Positions 51,451-62,122 are shown, counted from the first letter of the stretch. The stretch is DNA of 64,000 bases from Candidatus Pelearchaeum maunauluense (GCA_030059675.1 JANVYQ010000005.1:32001-96000), one strand, 5' to 3'. The notes: generated from the sequence alone by a model not told the origin. Program-made: numbers and translations.

Positions 51451-52380
51451 ATGGTGCTGGTATTCCCACCAATATTCAGAGAAGCTATTATTTTCTCAAG
51501 TCTATTAACATTACTGAGTATTGGTCTTACGCTAACTTATATGACGACTCGCGTGCCCAATTTTGCGCATGGCTCGTTTGCTACTGTAGGGGCGTATATT
51601 AGTCTAGTAGCAGTCAGATTAATGAGCGTTTCACCTTACCTATTTCTTCCTATAGCATTCTTGGTTTCTGGTTTTGTAGCATTGTTACTATATAGGGCTG
51701 TTTTAAGACCACTAATGCGGCGTGGAGCTTCTACAATACTGCTTATGGTAGCTACGATAGCTTTTGATATGCTATTGATAGCTGCACTTAACATCTTTGC
51801 AGATTACCTAAGCCGTACTTATAAGATAACGTCACGTTACTTCTCTCTTAAGGCTGCGGACATAAGGGTAGAGGGTATACCTATGGTATTCTACGTAGCG
51901 CCACTTATTGCTGTGGGTCTAATATTAACTCTCTACCTGCTACTAACTAAGACGAAGTTCGGAGTAGCTATGCGGGCTGCAATTGAAAACCCATCACTAG
52001 CTGGAGTTGTGGGTATAAACATAGACTTGGTCTATACTATTTCTTGGATACTTGCTGGAGGTCTTGCTGGTATAGCTGGTCTTTTAATGTCATTATGGTT
52101 CATAGGAAACCCAGATCTCGGGACTCTTATTCTTGTCAGCATATTCTCCGCAAGTATTGTGGGTGGACTGCTTAATATCTACGGGGCTATACTAGGCGGC
52201 TTCCTAGTTGGTTTCGCAGAGGTTATAGTAACATCACGTCTAGCCAGCGTATTGGGTGTATGGGTAGTTCCCTTTAGACCTGTTATACCACTTCTCATAA
52301 TGGTCATAGCGCTCCTCACGATACCTGGAGGCCTGAGCAGCATAAGGTGGTCGTCAATAGCCAAGCTATGGAGGAGGTGA
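51451..52380 (+). CDS. livH: Branched-chain amino acid ABC permease
   Basis: GLTL.Y....PNFAHG, TKFG.AMRA..EN..LA...GIN, GGL.NIYGA. Confidence 0.88.
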   Translation: MVLVFPPIFREAIIFSSLLTLLSIGLTLTYMTTRVPNFAHGSFATVGAYISLVAVRLMSVSPYLFLPIAFLVSGFVALLLYRAVLRPLMRRGASTILLMVATIAFDMLLIAALNIFADYLSRTYKITSRYFSLKAADIRVEGIPMVFYVAPLIAVGLILTLYLLLTKTKFGVAMRAAIENPSLAGVVGINIDLVYTISWILAGGLAGIAGLLMSLWFIGNPDLGTLILVSIFSASIVGGLLNIYGAILGGFLVGFAEVIVTSRLASVLGVWVVPFRPVIPLLIMVIALLTIPGGLSSIRWSSIAKLWRR

Positions 52381-52389
52381 CATGCTCGC

Positions 52390-53451
52390 TTGGTGCTTCC
52401 GCAAGAGGCTGTAATACTCCTTACAAGCATACTGGCTTGGTTTGGACTCTACCTAATCGTGAACCTAAGCCTGAATCTTGAGTTTGGGTATACGGGTATA
52501 CCGAATTTTGGGAAACTGCTTGTCGTTGCGGCTGGCGCTTATGTGGCAGGATACCTCCCTGGCAGGCTCATGGTCGGCATGGCCAACGTAGACCCGTCGC
52601 TGGACTACATAGCTGATAACGCCGTGATAGTTACGCAGATAAACAGCTTCCTCAACCAGAACCCACATATCTCACTCTCGCTACTGTTCCTAACTCTCAT
52701 CGTGGCAACTGGAATAGGCGCAGGCCTGGGCTTCATAGCCTCATATCCAGCGATTAGGCTGAGAGAGGAATACCTAGCTATGACGCTCCTAGCTATGGCT
52801 GAGGTCATAAGGGTAATAGGCTATAACTATAAGCCGCTCATAGGCGGGACGCTAGGGGTGCAGGTGCCAGACCCCCTCGCGTTCGTGCCAGGTGAGCTGA
52901 GATTCAGCATGATGAGCCTCGTTATACTAGCCATAGCTGGGTTTATCTTCCTATACGTCGAGCGTCTCGTAAGGTCTCCGTTGGGCAGGGTATTGAGGGC
53001 TGTGCGGGATAGTGAGGCGGCGGCAGAGACATTGGGTAAGGATATTGTCAGGATAAGGACGAAGATACTCGTTGTGAGCTCCGCCATAGGCGCTGTGGGA
53101 GGAGCTATGCACGCCCTATACACCAGCGGTGTAATCTCCCTAACCTATGATAGGGTTTCATGGACTTTCTGGCCTTGGGTCATGGTCTTGATGGGGGGCA
53201 TGGCCAACAACGTAGGCGTGATGCTGGGAACACTAATCTTCGTAGCCTTACGACAGCTCATCACATTCTATAAAGGCGTCCTAGAGCCAATCTTACCCTT
53301 CAACGTAATCTGGCTAGACTACATACTCCTAGGCTCAACGCTCATAATAATACTGATGTACCGCCCTGAGGGGGTTCTGCCCGAAAAAGCTACGCGCACG
53401 CTGGATTTCAAGAAGCTCTGGGCTAGGCTTAACGGCAGACGCTCCGCCTAA
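52390..53451 (+). CDS. livM: Branched-chain amino acid ABC permease
   Basis: SLNLE.G.TG..NFG, RLR.EYLA..LLA, SPLGR.LRA.RD.E.AA..LG, RPEG. Confidence 0.88.
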   Translation: MVLPQEAVILLTSILAWFGLYLIVNLSLNLEFGYTGIPNFGKLLVVAAGAYVAGYLPGRLMVGMANVDPSLDYIADNAVIVTQINSFLNQNPHISLSLLFLTLIVATGIGAGLGFIASYPAIRLREEYLAMTLLAMAEVIRVIGYNYKPLIGGTLGVQVPDPLAFVPGELRFSMMSLVILAIAGFIFLYVERLVRSPLGRVLRAVRDSEAAAETLGKDIVRIRTKILVVSSAIGAVGGAMHALYTSGVISLTYDRVSWTFWPWVMVLMGGMANNVGVMLGTLIFVALRQLITFYKGVLEPILPFNVIWLDYILLGSTLIIILMYRPEGVLPEKATRTLDFKKLWARLNGRRSA

Positions 53452-53518
53452 CCGTTAATTGTGGGCTAGAGTACGATATAATTCTTGGTCTAGTGTTTTC
53501 TTTTCTTAGTGTAGAGGA

Positions 53519-55588
53519 ATGGCTGGCCGCGAGCTTGCACGCGAGGTAGAGGCGGCGCTACGCAATACACGGCAGGCCGCTACGCTCATGGCTTCTCTAT
53601 CAAGAATGCGCGATAAACGCAGAGAGAGGATGAGGGAGATACCGCTGGAGGAGCTGGAGAAGTTGAAAGAGATGCGACGACGAAACCTGAAAAATCTCTC
53701 TGATAATCTAAAGCTTCTCAAAGACCGTATAGAATCTCTAGGTGGAAAGCTTTACATAGCGAAAGACCATGCCGCAGCTTGTAAATATGTAGCCGACGTA
53801 ATAGCGAGAAATAACGCTAAGATTGTTGTCAAATCCAAGTCCCTTACTAGTGAGGAGATTAGGCTTAATGAGTGGCTTGAGCGGCTTGGTGTTGAGGTCG
53901 TAGAGACAGACCTGGGTGAACGCATAGTCCAGCTAGCTGGTGAGAGGCCGTCACACCTGCTCGCGCCAGCGGTGCATAAGGACGCCGCGAGTGTTGCCGA
54001 GATATTTGCGGCAGGGCTAAAGCCTGAAGCAGAAGCAATAACCCAGCATGTAAGAAGCGAGCTGCGCAGTAAGTTCCTTGGCGCAGACGTTGGGATAACG
54101 GGAGCAAATGTAATAGCGGCAGAAGAGGGAGCGATATTCGTAGTAACCAATGAGGGGAATGAGCGCTTCGTAACGTCCATCCCGCGCGTGTATATCTGCA
54201 TAGCTGGCGTAGAAAAGGTCGTCTCAAACCTAGCAGACGCATTGCATACGTTAAGCATCTTAATACCAAGCGCTACTGGGCAGAGAGTATCTAGCTACAT
54301 CACGGTCATAGGGCTGGGGCCCGAGAATGCCGGGCGGTGGGATGAGTTTCATATCGTCTTGATTGATAATAGCCGCTTCGCGGCTCTTGGTGATAAGACA
54401 TTATCCGAGGCGCTTGAGTGTATCAGGTGTGCTGCTTGCTTCAACGTCTGCCCCACTTATAGAATAGTAGGCGGCCATGTATTCGGCCATATATACACAG
54501 GCCCCATAGGGCTGCCATGGACTGCGATAACACATGGCGAGGCTGCTGCATATTCGTTTTCCAGCCTCTGCGTAGGCTGTGGCTTGTGTAAGCTTGAGTG
54601 TCCAGTGGAGATAGATATTCCTTTCCTAATCTCAAGCATCAAAGAAAGAGGGAATGGGTTGTATGGTGAGGCTGCGCCATGGCTTCTCCGCAACTATGAC
54701 ACACTCATCAAGCTAGGCTCCCACATACCGCGCGTTGCCAACCTCTTCATGCAAAGCAGGCTTGGTAGGAAGATACTTGAGCGGCTCGCGGGGATAGATA
54801 GGCGAAGACAGCTTCCACGCATAGCTTCTAAGAGCTTTAGGAAGCTGGTAAGAGAGGAATCCAAAGAGGAAGCGGAGAAGCGTGCCGCGCTATTTACCGA
54901 CGCTATGATTATGTATATGTTCCCTGAGATTGGTGTTGATGCGGTGGATATTCTCAAAAGATTCGGCGTCGGCCTGGTTGTCCCACGACAGTTGAGCAGC
55001 GGCATGCCCCTCATACAGTATGGCTACCTGAAGCAGGCTAGGGAGATAGCTAGGAAGAACGTCAGCTACCTGTTGGAGCACGTTAGGGCTGGGTGTGATG
55101 TTGTCTGTCTAGAGCCTACCGCCGCTTACTGCATTAAGGAGGTGTATCCACGTCTCATAGATGATGAAAGTGCAGGAGAGCTTGCCGCCCATACCTATGG
55201 ATTCCCAGAATACCTAGCCTCGCTACTACGTGACGCTGGTATTAGCCTTGATAAGGGTATGCGTGTGGCGTATCACTGGCCCTGCCACGCTAGGGAGCGT
55301 GGTGCGCAGCCAGCCATGGCTAAGCTCTTATCCATGCTGGGTATTGAGGTTAGCTTTGTTGATGAAGGCTGCTGCGGCATGGCTGGAACATGGGGCATGA
55401 GAAGAGGGTACATAGGCTATGAGCTGAGCCGCTCAATAGGTGAGAAAGTCGTACAATCACTTGAAGCAACGGAAGCGGATACCATAATAACGGAGAGTAC
55501 CATCTGCATGCTCCAGTTTCGTGAACTCTCACGTCTGAGAGTTATCCATGCAATACCATTCCTGAAGAGCGTTCTGGAGGGTGGATAG
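53519..55588 (+). CDS. LutB-like LUD domain fused to 4Fe-4S and CCG domains (lactate utilisation-type oxidoreductase)
   Basis: KSKS...EE, ETDLGE, PSH..APA.H, TNEGN, CIRCAACFNVCP, CVGCGLCKLECP, CCGMAG. Confidence 0.88.
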   Translation: MAGRELAREVEAALRNTRQAATLMASLSRMRDKRRERMREIPLEELEKLKEMRRRNLKNLSDNLKLLKDRIESLGGKLYIAKDHAAACKYVADVIARNNAKIVVKSKSLTSEEIRLNEWLERLGVEVVETDLGERIVQLAGERPSHLLAPAVHKDAASVAEIFAAGLKPEAEAITQHVRSELRSKFLGADVGITGANVIAAEEGAIFVVTNEGNERFVTSIPRVYICIAGVEKVVSNLADALHTLSILIPSATGQRVSSYITVIGLGPENAGRWDEFHIVLIDNSRFAALGDKTLSEALECIRCAACFNVCPTYRIVGGHVFGHIYTGPIGLPWTAITHGEAAAYSFSSLCVGCGLCKLECPVEIDIPFLISSIKERGNGLYGEAAPWLLRNYDTLIKLGSHIPRVANLFMQSRLGRKILERLAGIDRRRQLPRIASKSFRKLVREESKEEAEKRAALFTDAMIMYMFPEIGVDAVDILKRFGVGLVVPRQLSSGMPLIQYGYLKQAREIARKNVSYLLEHVRAGCDVVCLEPTAAYCIKEVYPRLIDDESAGELAAHTYGFPEYLASLLRDAGISLDKGMRVAYHWPCHARERGAQPAMAKLLSMLGIEVSFVDEGCCGMAGTWGMRRGYIGYELSRSIGEKVVQSLEATEADTIITESTICMLQFRELSRLRVIHAIPFLKSVLEGG

Positions 55589-56128
55589 GTGTTGGGATAC
55601 CGTTATGGGCGGGGCGATAGTGGGGAGACAGACCTCATGGGAGGCGGTAGGGTGAAGAAGAGCCACCCCAGAGTAGCAGCGTATGGCGCGGTAGACGAGC
55701 TCTCCGCAGCTATTGGAGTCGTAAAAACATTCGTAGAGCATCAAGACATCCAAGAAGTACTCACACGAGTTCAAGAGCATCTCTTCATGATTGGCGCCAA
55801 TCTCTCCACCACACGGCCCATCAAGGGGCTTCCAGAAGTAGGACGCGAGCTAGTAGACTGGCTTGACAGCCAAGTTACGCGCTTCGAGTCTGAGCTTCCG
55901 CCGATTCAACGGTTCATATTCGCAGGTGGCACTAGGGCGGCTGCGCTTGCGCATCTAGCTAGAACAATAGCTAGGAGGGCAGAACGTGAGGTCGTGGCAC
56001 TAGCAGCGGTTGAGGATGTGAGCCAGACGGTAATAGCCTATCTTAACCGTCTCTCAACGCTGCTCTTCGCGGTAGCGCGCGTCATAAACCATAGAGCAGG
56101 TGTCCCTGACCCGGAGTGGCAGCGCTAG
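55589..56128 (+). CDS. pduO: Cob(I)alamin adenosyltransferase, PduO type
   Basis: GD.GET.L, AYG.VDEL...IG, Q..LF.IGA.L, H.ARTI.RRAER, YLNRLS..LF..AR. Confidence 0.92.
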   Translation: MLGYRYGRGDSGETDLMGGGRVKKSHPRVAAYGAVDELSAAIGVVKTFVEHQDIQEVLTRVQEHLFMIGANLSTTRPIKGLPEVGRELVDWLDSQVTRFESELPPIQRFIFAGGTRAAALAHLARTIARRAEREVVALAAVEDVSQTVIAYLNRLSTLLFAVARVINHRAGVPDPEWQR

Positions 56129-56811
56129 GAGCTTGCTCTGCCCTTTGACTGTTTCTTGGCCTCTTTCTCCAGCCAATCAACCATGATTTCACAAGCGTAT
56201 GTTAGTGGTAGGGGTTTGAGGTATCTTGTGGCGTTGGAGCTGTGCGATACGTTGACTGCTGGTGGTGTGAGGTCTCGTTTATCAACGGCCCAGACTTGGA
56301 ATAGTAGCTTAACTTTTGGGAGGAAGAGGAAGGAGAAGCTACGGCCACCTAAGAGTTCCCGTTTTCCGCCTAATGCGCGCGCAGACGCCTCAAAGAGCTC
56401 CGAATCGTGGCCGAAGAGCCTAGTCATGGGACGTATGACAGTCTTCTGGAAATATGTAGAGAGTTCCTGCGCCGTTATGGTCTTACTCATGGGAACCCAT
56501 GAATCCGACAGGGAGGTTCCATCCCCTGTTGCGAGATACTCGGCTATTACGTAGGCAAGCTTATCATGAACCTGTTTTCCCGTGATTAAATCCACAACCT
56601 CCCTGCTTGCAAGCTCTACCGTGAAGGTTTTGTTAAGTAAATTCACTATGAAACGACCACCATCCTTCTTCTCGTGTGGATTTAGAAAAACGACCCCACA
56701 TTTCTTGGCTACCTCCTCAGGCTTTAGCTGGCTCAGTTTTTCAAGTGATTGTTTGAGCCAGGTTGCTAGCTCGCTATCACTTCTAGCTGGGGTATCAGGC
56801 CGCCGCGACAT
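56125..56811 (-). CDS. Uncharacterised protein, DUF3786-like
   Basis: L..L.PEEVAKKCG, F.....R...R.FG....LFE.....LGG, F.FLPKV.L....W..D resemble DUF3786. Confidence 0.55.
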   Translation of the reverse strand: MSRRPDTPARSDSELATWLKQSLEKLSQLKPEEVAKKCGVVFLNPHEKKDGGRFIVNLLNKTFTVELASREVVDLITGKQVHDKLAYVIAEYLATGDGTSLSDSWVPMSKTITAQELSTYFQKTVIRPMTRLFGHDSELFEASARALGGKRELLGGRSFSFLFLPKVKLLFQVWAVDKRDLTPPAVNVSHSSNATRYLKPLPLTYACEIMVDWLEKEAKKQSKGRASS

Positions 56812-57014
56812 TTACACAACCCACATACAACAGCAATTATCAACTATTTCAGGACTAAAAAACGTGAATCATACGGGTTTAAAGTCTGTGGAATTACGTT
56901 GGGAGAAAAGGCCGTAAGACTTAAAAACATGCGAACAGGACACACGGCTCATAATCTATAACTTTTTACGGCGTCATCAATAAATAAGCTCAACCACACT
57001 AGGGAAAGTTAAGA

Positions 57015-57863
57015 ATGTCCTCAAGAAAGCTTACAGTTGAAATCATCAACGTTGGCAACGAACTGCTTGATGGCCGCACCCTGAATACTAATCTTCAATG
57101 GCTCTGTGGGAGGCTGAGCGCTCTCGGCTTCGTGGTCAAACGTGCTGTGATAGTTAGGGATGATGTGGTGGATATTTCTTCTTCCGTCCGCGAGGCTATG
57201 CGCAGAAAGCCCCGTTGGTTGATTATCAGCGGTGGTCTTGGGCCTACTCATGATGATAAAACTCTTGAGGGGGTTGCGAAGGCTGTTGGTAAGCGGCTCA
57301 GAGTGAGTGATGAAGCTCTGGAGCTTATCCGCGAGCATTATGAACGGATGGTGGAGGAGGGCCTTATTGAGCGTGTGGAGCTGACTAGTGCGAGGATTAA
57401 GATGGCGACGATACCGCAGGGAGCGCGGCCGCTTAGGAATAACGTGGGAACAGCACCAGGCGTGCTTATCCGTAAAGCTGGCGTCAAGATAGTCTGCCTA
57501 CCAGGCGTGCCTTCAGAGCTTCAGGACATCTTCAACAACGAGATATACCCCCTCCTCCTAAAAGAGTCGCGCGGAAGGAAGTTCATCACGAAGAGAATAA
57601 CAGTTCGCGGGGTTTTGGAGTCTTCCCTATCACCGCTGATAGATGAGGCGATGAGAAGATTCAGAGGCGTGTATATCAAGAGTAATCCACGCGGCTTTGA
57701 GGGCGGTGAGTCGGTCATAGATTTGGACTTCATCATTGGGGTGAGTGGCGACGATAAGCGGGTTGAGCAGCTAATCAGCGAAGCTGAGAGCTTCCTGCTG
57801 GAGAGGCTCCAGCATGGGGGTAAGACTAATGAGGGAGACCAACCCCAACGGCATGGGAAATGA
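57015..57863 (+). CDS. CinA N-terminal-like molybdopterin-binding domain protein
   Basis: EII.VGNELL.G...NTN, V.DD...I, SGGLGPT.DD.T, N.VGTAPG, LPGVP.E, YIKS.P. Confidence 0.85.
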   Translation: MSSRKLTVEIINVGNELLDGRTLNTNLQWLCGRLSALGFVVKRAVIVRDDVVDISSSVREAMRRKPRWLIISGGLGPTHDDKTLEGVAKAVGKRLRVSDEALELIREHYERMVEEGLIERVELTSARIKMATIPQGARPLRNNVGTAPGVLIRKAGVKIVCLPGVPSELQDIFNNEIYPLLLKESRGRKFITKRITVRGVLESSLSPLIDEAMRRFRGVYIKSNPRGFEGGESVIDLDFIIGVSGDDKRVEQLISEAESFLLERLQHGGKTNEGDQPQRHGK

Positions 57864-58914
57864 CGTGAATGACAGAATTCACGCGGCCTGGGAGCTCGTT
57901 CGCAGCTCTGCAAAACTATACAGCAAGGGTCTTGAAACAGGAATAAACGCTGGCATAAGCCTGAAAGAAGAAGAGATTGAACGTCTAATATTCCTGGGAA
58001 TGGGCGGCTCAGGTATAGTCGGCGATATAATAAGAGATATGCTTGCAGCCCCTTACACGATACCCGTGCATATATTCAAGGACTACAGCATCCCCATCAA
58101 GCCGCGTAAAGATGATTTGGTTATAGCTGTAAGCTACTCTGGCGGGACGACAGAGACGCTCACAGCCTTTGCGCAGGCTCATGAGGCTGGCTGCAAGCTT
58201 GCGGCGATAACTTCTGGGGGAGACCTGGCCAGGCTGGCCGAGAAGAAAGGAATACCACTAGCCATAGTGAGCAGCGGGCTACAGCCGCGCTACGCGGCGC
58301 CAGAGATGGTGGCAGCAGCCTATGGGCTCTTAATACACATCACCCAAACACGCGCAGATGCTAAGATAATGAGAGAAGCGATAGAAGAGCTCCGTGGGTA
58401 TATTGAACAGTTTAAAAAAGCCAACGAAGGAGAAGCATACGAGCATGCAAAATCCATCAATAATAAGATAGCCGTAATCTACGGCCATACTCATCTATTC
58501 TCAACAGCCTATAGACTAAAGGCACAGCTGAACGAGAATGCGAAGTCTCAGGCTTTCCTCGCGCAGCTTCCAGAGGCTTGTCATAACGAGGTTGAGGGAT
58601 GGCTCACGAAGACCGAGACGGCGCATATATTCTTGAGAAGCAGATACGAGCCACCTATAATTACGAGCATAGTGAAGTGGATGACCGACACGCTCATATC
58701 TCGCGGCTATGCCGTTGAAGAGCTTAGGACAGAGGCGAAGAGTCATGTTGCTGAGATTATGAAGTTAATAGCTTTGATAGATTTTATCAGCATAAGCCTC
58801 GCCGCACTACGCGGCGCAGACCCGCTCACCCTCCATCTTCTTCCAGAGGTTAGGAAAGCACTACAGTTAAACGAGAGGCTACGTCAATACGTGCTTTCCT
58901 CATTCGCGAAGTGA
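57814..58914 (+). CDS. Bifunctional phosphoglucose/phosphomannose isomerase (SIS fold); start uncertain
   Basis: GMGGSG..GD, SYSG.T.ETL, TSGG.L, QPR.A, R.K.QLNENAK, PE..HNE. Confidence 0.9.
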   Translation: MGVRLMRETNPNGMGNDVNDRIHAAWELVRSSAKLYSKGLETGINAGISLKEEEIERLIFLGMGGSGIVGDIIRDMLAAPYTIPVHIFKDYSIPIKPRKDDLVIAVSYSGGTTETLTAFAQAHEAGCKLAAITSGGDLARLAEKKGIPLAIVSSGLQPRYAAPEMVAAAYGLLIHITQTRADAKIMREAIEELRGYIEQFKKANEGEAYEHAKSINNKIAVIYGHTHLFSTAYRLKAQLNENAKSQAFLAQLPEACHNEVEGWLTKTETAHIFLRSRYEPPIITSIVKWMTDTLISRGYAVEELRTEAKSHVAEIMKLIALIDFISISLAALRGADPLTLHLLPEVRKALQLNERLRQYVLSSFAK

Positions 58915-58918
58915 GGAC

Positions 58919-59470
58919 ATGATGTATCCACCAAAGTATGGAGAAGAATACTCATGGCGGCAGAGGCTATTCTATGCCTTCATCGCGTCATTGGTTATGA
59001 TAGCCGTACTCGCTGCAAGCTCATTCACGAAAATATCACCAGAAGAGGCTGAGAGCATAATGAAGACAGCGGAAGCAATAATAGGCCCAGACCTATCGCC
59101 AGAACGCATAATCTTGAACAACCTGCCCATAGCCCTGCTTATGATGATTCCAGTCATAGGCCTCGTCATAGCCGCCTTCGCCATGTATAGCACAGGCCTG
59201 GTCTTCGCCGCCATAGCTACGACTATGCAGACTCACCCTGCGCTGCTTCTCATAATACCATTCATAACAGTCTATGGGATTCTAGAGTTTCTGGCCTATG
59301 GATTCGCCGTCTCTGAAGGCGTGCTCATAATACGCCAAGCATTTAAACGGCGGCTGCGCAACGAGCTGCGTAGCGTCCCAATCATAATAGCTGTGGTCGC
59401 AGCCCTGCTGGTCGCAGCGGCTCTCCTGGAGTATGCGCTAATCAGCGCATTCATGCAGACAGCAGCGTAG
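58919..59470 (+). CDS. SpoIIM-like membrane protein
   Basis: I..NN..IAL.M.IP..G, YGILEFLAY, L..AA.LE. Confidence 0.75.
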   Translation: MMYPPKYGEEYSWRQRLFYAFIASLVMIAVLAASSFTKISPEEAESIMKTAEAIIGPDLSPERIILNNLPIALLMMIPVIGLVIAAFAMYSTGLVFAAIATTMQTHPALLLIIPFITVYGILEFLAYGFAVSEGVLIIRQAFKRRLRNELRSVPIIIAVVAALLVAAALLEYALISAFMQTAA

Positions 59471-60179
59471 CTAGGAGGGAAGCAAAAGGCCATAATAGAT
59501 TTCCATACACTAAGGTGGTAATATAGCCCGCTGCTAGGAATACCAGGAGAGGTATCCCAGGAGTAACCCATGCGTCGTCATACTTAGCCTCCTCATCAAA
59601 CCCCTCTATAGAGAGGTTGAAGACGAACCTCCGCTTCCCATCTTCACGTCTTTCTATCTGACTCCAGAAACGTCTACGACTGGAGTTGCTAAGCCGGGTT
59701 CCGATGAAGCATGCAACCACCTTCCTAAGCCTGCTCTCGCCTTCAAAGCCTTCAAAGATACGCTGGCCAGAAGCTATGCGCTTTATGTTGTACGCGGCCA
59801 TGGTTATCGGTATTATTGCTGAGAGGAGCATCCCATTAGTGAAGGTCGTGATTCCCGTAAAGCCATGTAGGACATTATCCCCGCGTACAAACGGGTCTAT
59901 CGCCGCGATAGCTATGAGCGCCTTGGCGTCGGCACCGCCGTAGAGGCTGAGGTAGTAGAAGGGCAACGCCACGAGCGCGGTTAGCGCTATGCTTGCTGCG
60001 TATATGATGATTGCCTCTGGCTGGGATTGTATGCGTTCATAGACGTTTATCGCACCGCCTACTGCGCCTGGTATGAGCCAGACCTTATCCGCGACCTCGC
60101 GTTCTTTAATGTCTCTATACGCGCCATAGCCCAGCATAGCTAGGGCTATGACTATCTTCACAACCTCTAGGTAGCTCAT
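59451..60179 (-). CDS. A24 family prepilin/preflagellin peptidase (FlaK/PibD-like)
   Basis: Y.D.KEREV.D..W, GGADAKAL, WVTPGIP. Confidence 0.88.
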   Translation of the reverse strand: MSYLEVVKIVIALAMLGYGAYRDIKEREVADKVWLIPGAVGGAINVYERIQSQPEAIIIYAASIALTALVALPFYYLSLYGGADAKALIAIAAIDPFVRGDNVLHGFTGITTFTNGMLLSAIIPITMAAYNIKRIASGQRIFEGFEGESRLRKVVACFIGTRLSNSSRRRFWSQIERREDGKRRFVFNLSIEGFDEEAKYDDAWVTPGIPLLVFLAAGYITTLVYGNLLWPFASLLATLLSA

Positions 60180-60180
60180 G

Positions 60181-61434
60181 CTACGGCCATATACCCAGCA
60201 GCTTCACAGCCTCAGCAACCCTACTAACAGCAAGCAGCATAGCTCCCGTCCTCATGTTAGACTCGTACTGCCTTGTGTAGCTAACCACATCATTAAACGC
60301 CGTAACTATCTTCCGCTCCAGCTTAGCATTAACCTCCTCAAGACTCCACTGCTCCCGCTTAAGGTTCTGGACCCATTCAAGGTAGCTTACCGTCACGCCG
60401 CCCGCGTTGGCTAGTATGTCTGGCACGACTATTATTTTGCGTTCTGTGAGTATTTTGTCCGCCTCTGGCGTCGTAGGTCCATTAGCGCCCTCTACGATTG
60501 CCGCTGCGTTTATCTTGTCAGCGTTTGCTGGAGTTATCTGGTTTTCAAGCGCCGCTGGTATGAGGAAGTCGCAGCGAAGCTCAAGCAGTTCTTCGTTGGT
60601 TATCTGCTTTGCTCCATCAAAGCCCACGACTGTTCCCGTCTTCTTCTTATGCTCTATCAAAGCCTGTGGATTAAGACCCCTCTCATCAACTATACCGCCG
60701 CGCGAGTCGCTTACAGCTATTATCTTAGCTCCCCACTCATGTAGTATGCTCGCCGCATATGAGCCGACGTTGCCAAATCCCTGTATAACAACCCTAGCGC
60801 CATTCAGCGGCTTGTTAATCAATCTCGCAAGCTCGCGCGTAGCTATCGCAACGCCGCGCGAGGTAGCCTCGGCCCTACCATGACTACCCAACAGACTAAG
60901 AGGCTTACCAGTAACACACTCAGGAACCTGATAACCCTTAAGCTGGCTGTAAGTATCCATTATCCACGCCATAGTCTGCGAGTCGGTATATACGTCAGGC
61001 GCTGGGATATCCACCAACGGGCCTACGACCTCAAACATCATGGAGGTGTATCTACGCGTGAGGCGCTCCAGCTCGTGTATTGACATCTCCTTTGGGTTGC
61101 ACGCCACGCCTCCCTTAGCCCCGCCATACGGCAAATCAACAACCGCGCATTTCCAAGTCATCAACATGGCGAGCGCGATTACTTCCTCCAGATTCACGTT
61201 GGGATGATACCTAATACCACCCTTATACGGGCCACGCGCATTATTATGCTGGACACGATAACCCGTAAAGACCTTCACAGTATTATCATCCATCTTCACT
61301 GGCACCGAAACCATCAAGGTACGCTTGGGCTTTTTCAAAACCTCATGGATTGCTGGGTCAAGATTCAACATCTCGGCAGCCGTATCAAGCTGTCGTAAGA
61401 CATGGTTTAGAAAAGCTGTTCCAGAATCGTTCAT
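60181..61434 (-). CDS. gdhA: Glutamate dehydrogenase
   Basis: GYRVQH..ARGPYKGGIRY, MTWK, GGAKGG, DIPAPDV, QGFGNVG, EGANGP, NAGGV.VSY.EW. Confidence 0.96.
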   Translation of the reverse strand: MNDSGTAFLNHVLRQLDTAAEMLNLDPAIHEVLKKPKRTLMVSVPVKMDDNTVKVFTGYRVQHNNARGPYKGGIRYHPNVNLEEVIALAMLMTWKCAVVDLPYGGAKGGVACNPKEMSIHELERLTRRYTSMMFEVVGPLVDIPAPDVYTDSQTMAWIMDTYSQLKGYQVPECVTGKPLSLLGSHGRAEATSRGVAIATRELARLINKPLNGARVVIQGFGNVGSYAASILHEWGAKIIAVSDSRGGIVDERGLNPQALIEHKKKTGTVVGFDGAKQITNEELLELRCDFLIPAALENQITPANADKINAAAIVEGANGPTTPEADKILTERKIIVVPDILANAGGVTVSYLEWVQNLKREQWSLEEVNAKLERKIVTAFNDVVSYTRQYESNMRTGAMLLAVSRVAEAVKLLGIWP

Positions 61435-61519
61435 GTTTAGCTCAGCTATTATGTGGAGAATCAATAAAATAAACATTACGCAAAGTAAAGCATTTATCCT
61501 GAGAATTACGTAAGTAAGT

Positions 61520-62122
61520 ATGGCGCTGCTCGCGTTAAACGGCCAGAAATACCTCGCTCTAAGTTGGCGGGATGTCGAGTCTCTGGTAGATAAGCTGTAC
61601 GATGCTATTACGCGTAGTTACGAGCCTAACGTTATTGTTGGTGTTCTGCGCGGCGGGATAGTCGTGGCCAATCTGTTATCTGATTTATTCGGGATGCAGG
61701 AGGTCTACGCCATAGGATGCCGCTCATATAGGGATATGCAGCGTTCAGAGGTTAGGATTTACCACGACCTGGTGCGCGGTGAGCTGAGGGGAAAGAATGT
61801 TCTCTTGGTTGATGACGTGTCCGACAGCGGCAACACCCTAACCACCGCTATTGAGCATGTAATAACGCCGCGCAGTCCTTCGACTGTCAAGACAGCAACA
61901 CTCCATATAAAGCCCTGGACATCCTACATACCCAACTTCTACGTTGAGACTACTGATGCATGGATAATATATCCGTGGGAGAGGATGGAGACGGTGAGGA
62001 TTCTTGGGAGGCGTTTTATGCGTAGTATGGCTTCGGAGGATGTGGTGCGTGAGTTGAGTAAGCTTACGCGGGTGAGTGAAGAGGTGATAAGGCAGGTTTT
62101 GGAGGAGATCTCTGGGGGATAA
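61520..62122 (+). CDS. Purine phosphoribosyltransferase-like protein (PRTase type I)
   Basis: RGG, VLLVDDVSDSG.T, WI.YPWE. Confidence 0.88.
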   Translation: MALLALNGQKYLALSWRDVESLVDKLYDAITRSYEPNVIVGVLRGGIVVANLLSDLFGMQEVYAIGCRSYRDMQRSEVRIYHDLVRGELRGKNVLLVDDVSDSGNTLTTAIEHVITPRSPSTVKTATLHIKPWTSYIPNFYVETTDAWIIYPWERMETVRILGRRFMRSMASEDVVRELSKLTRVSEEVIRQVLEEISGG

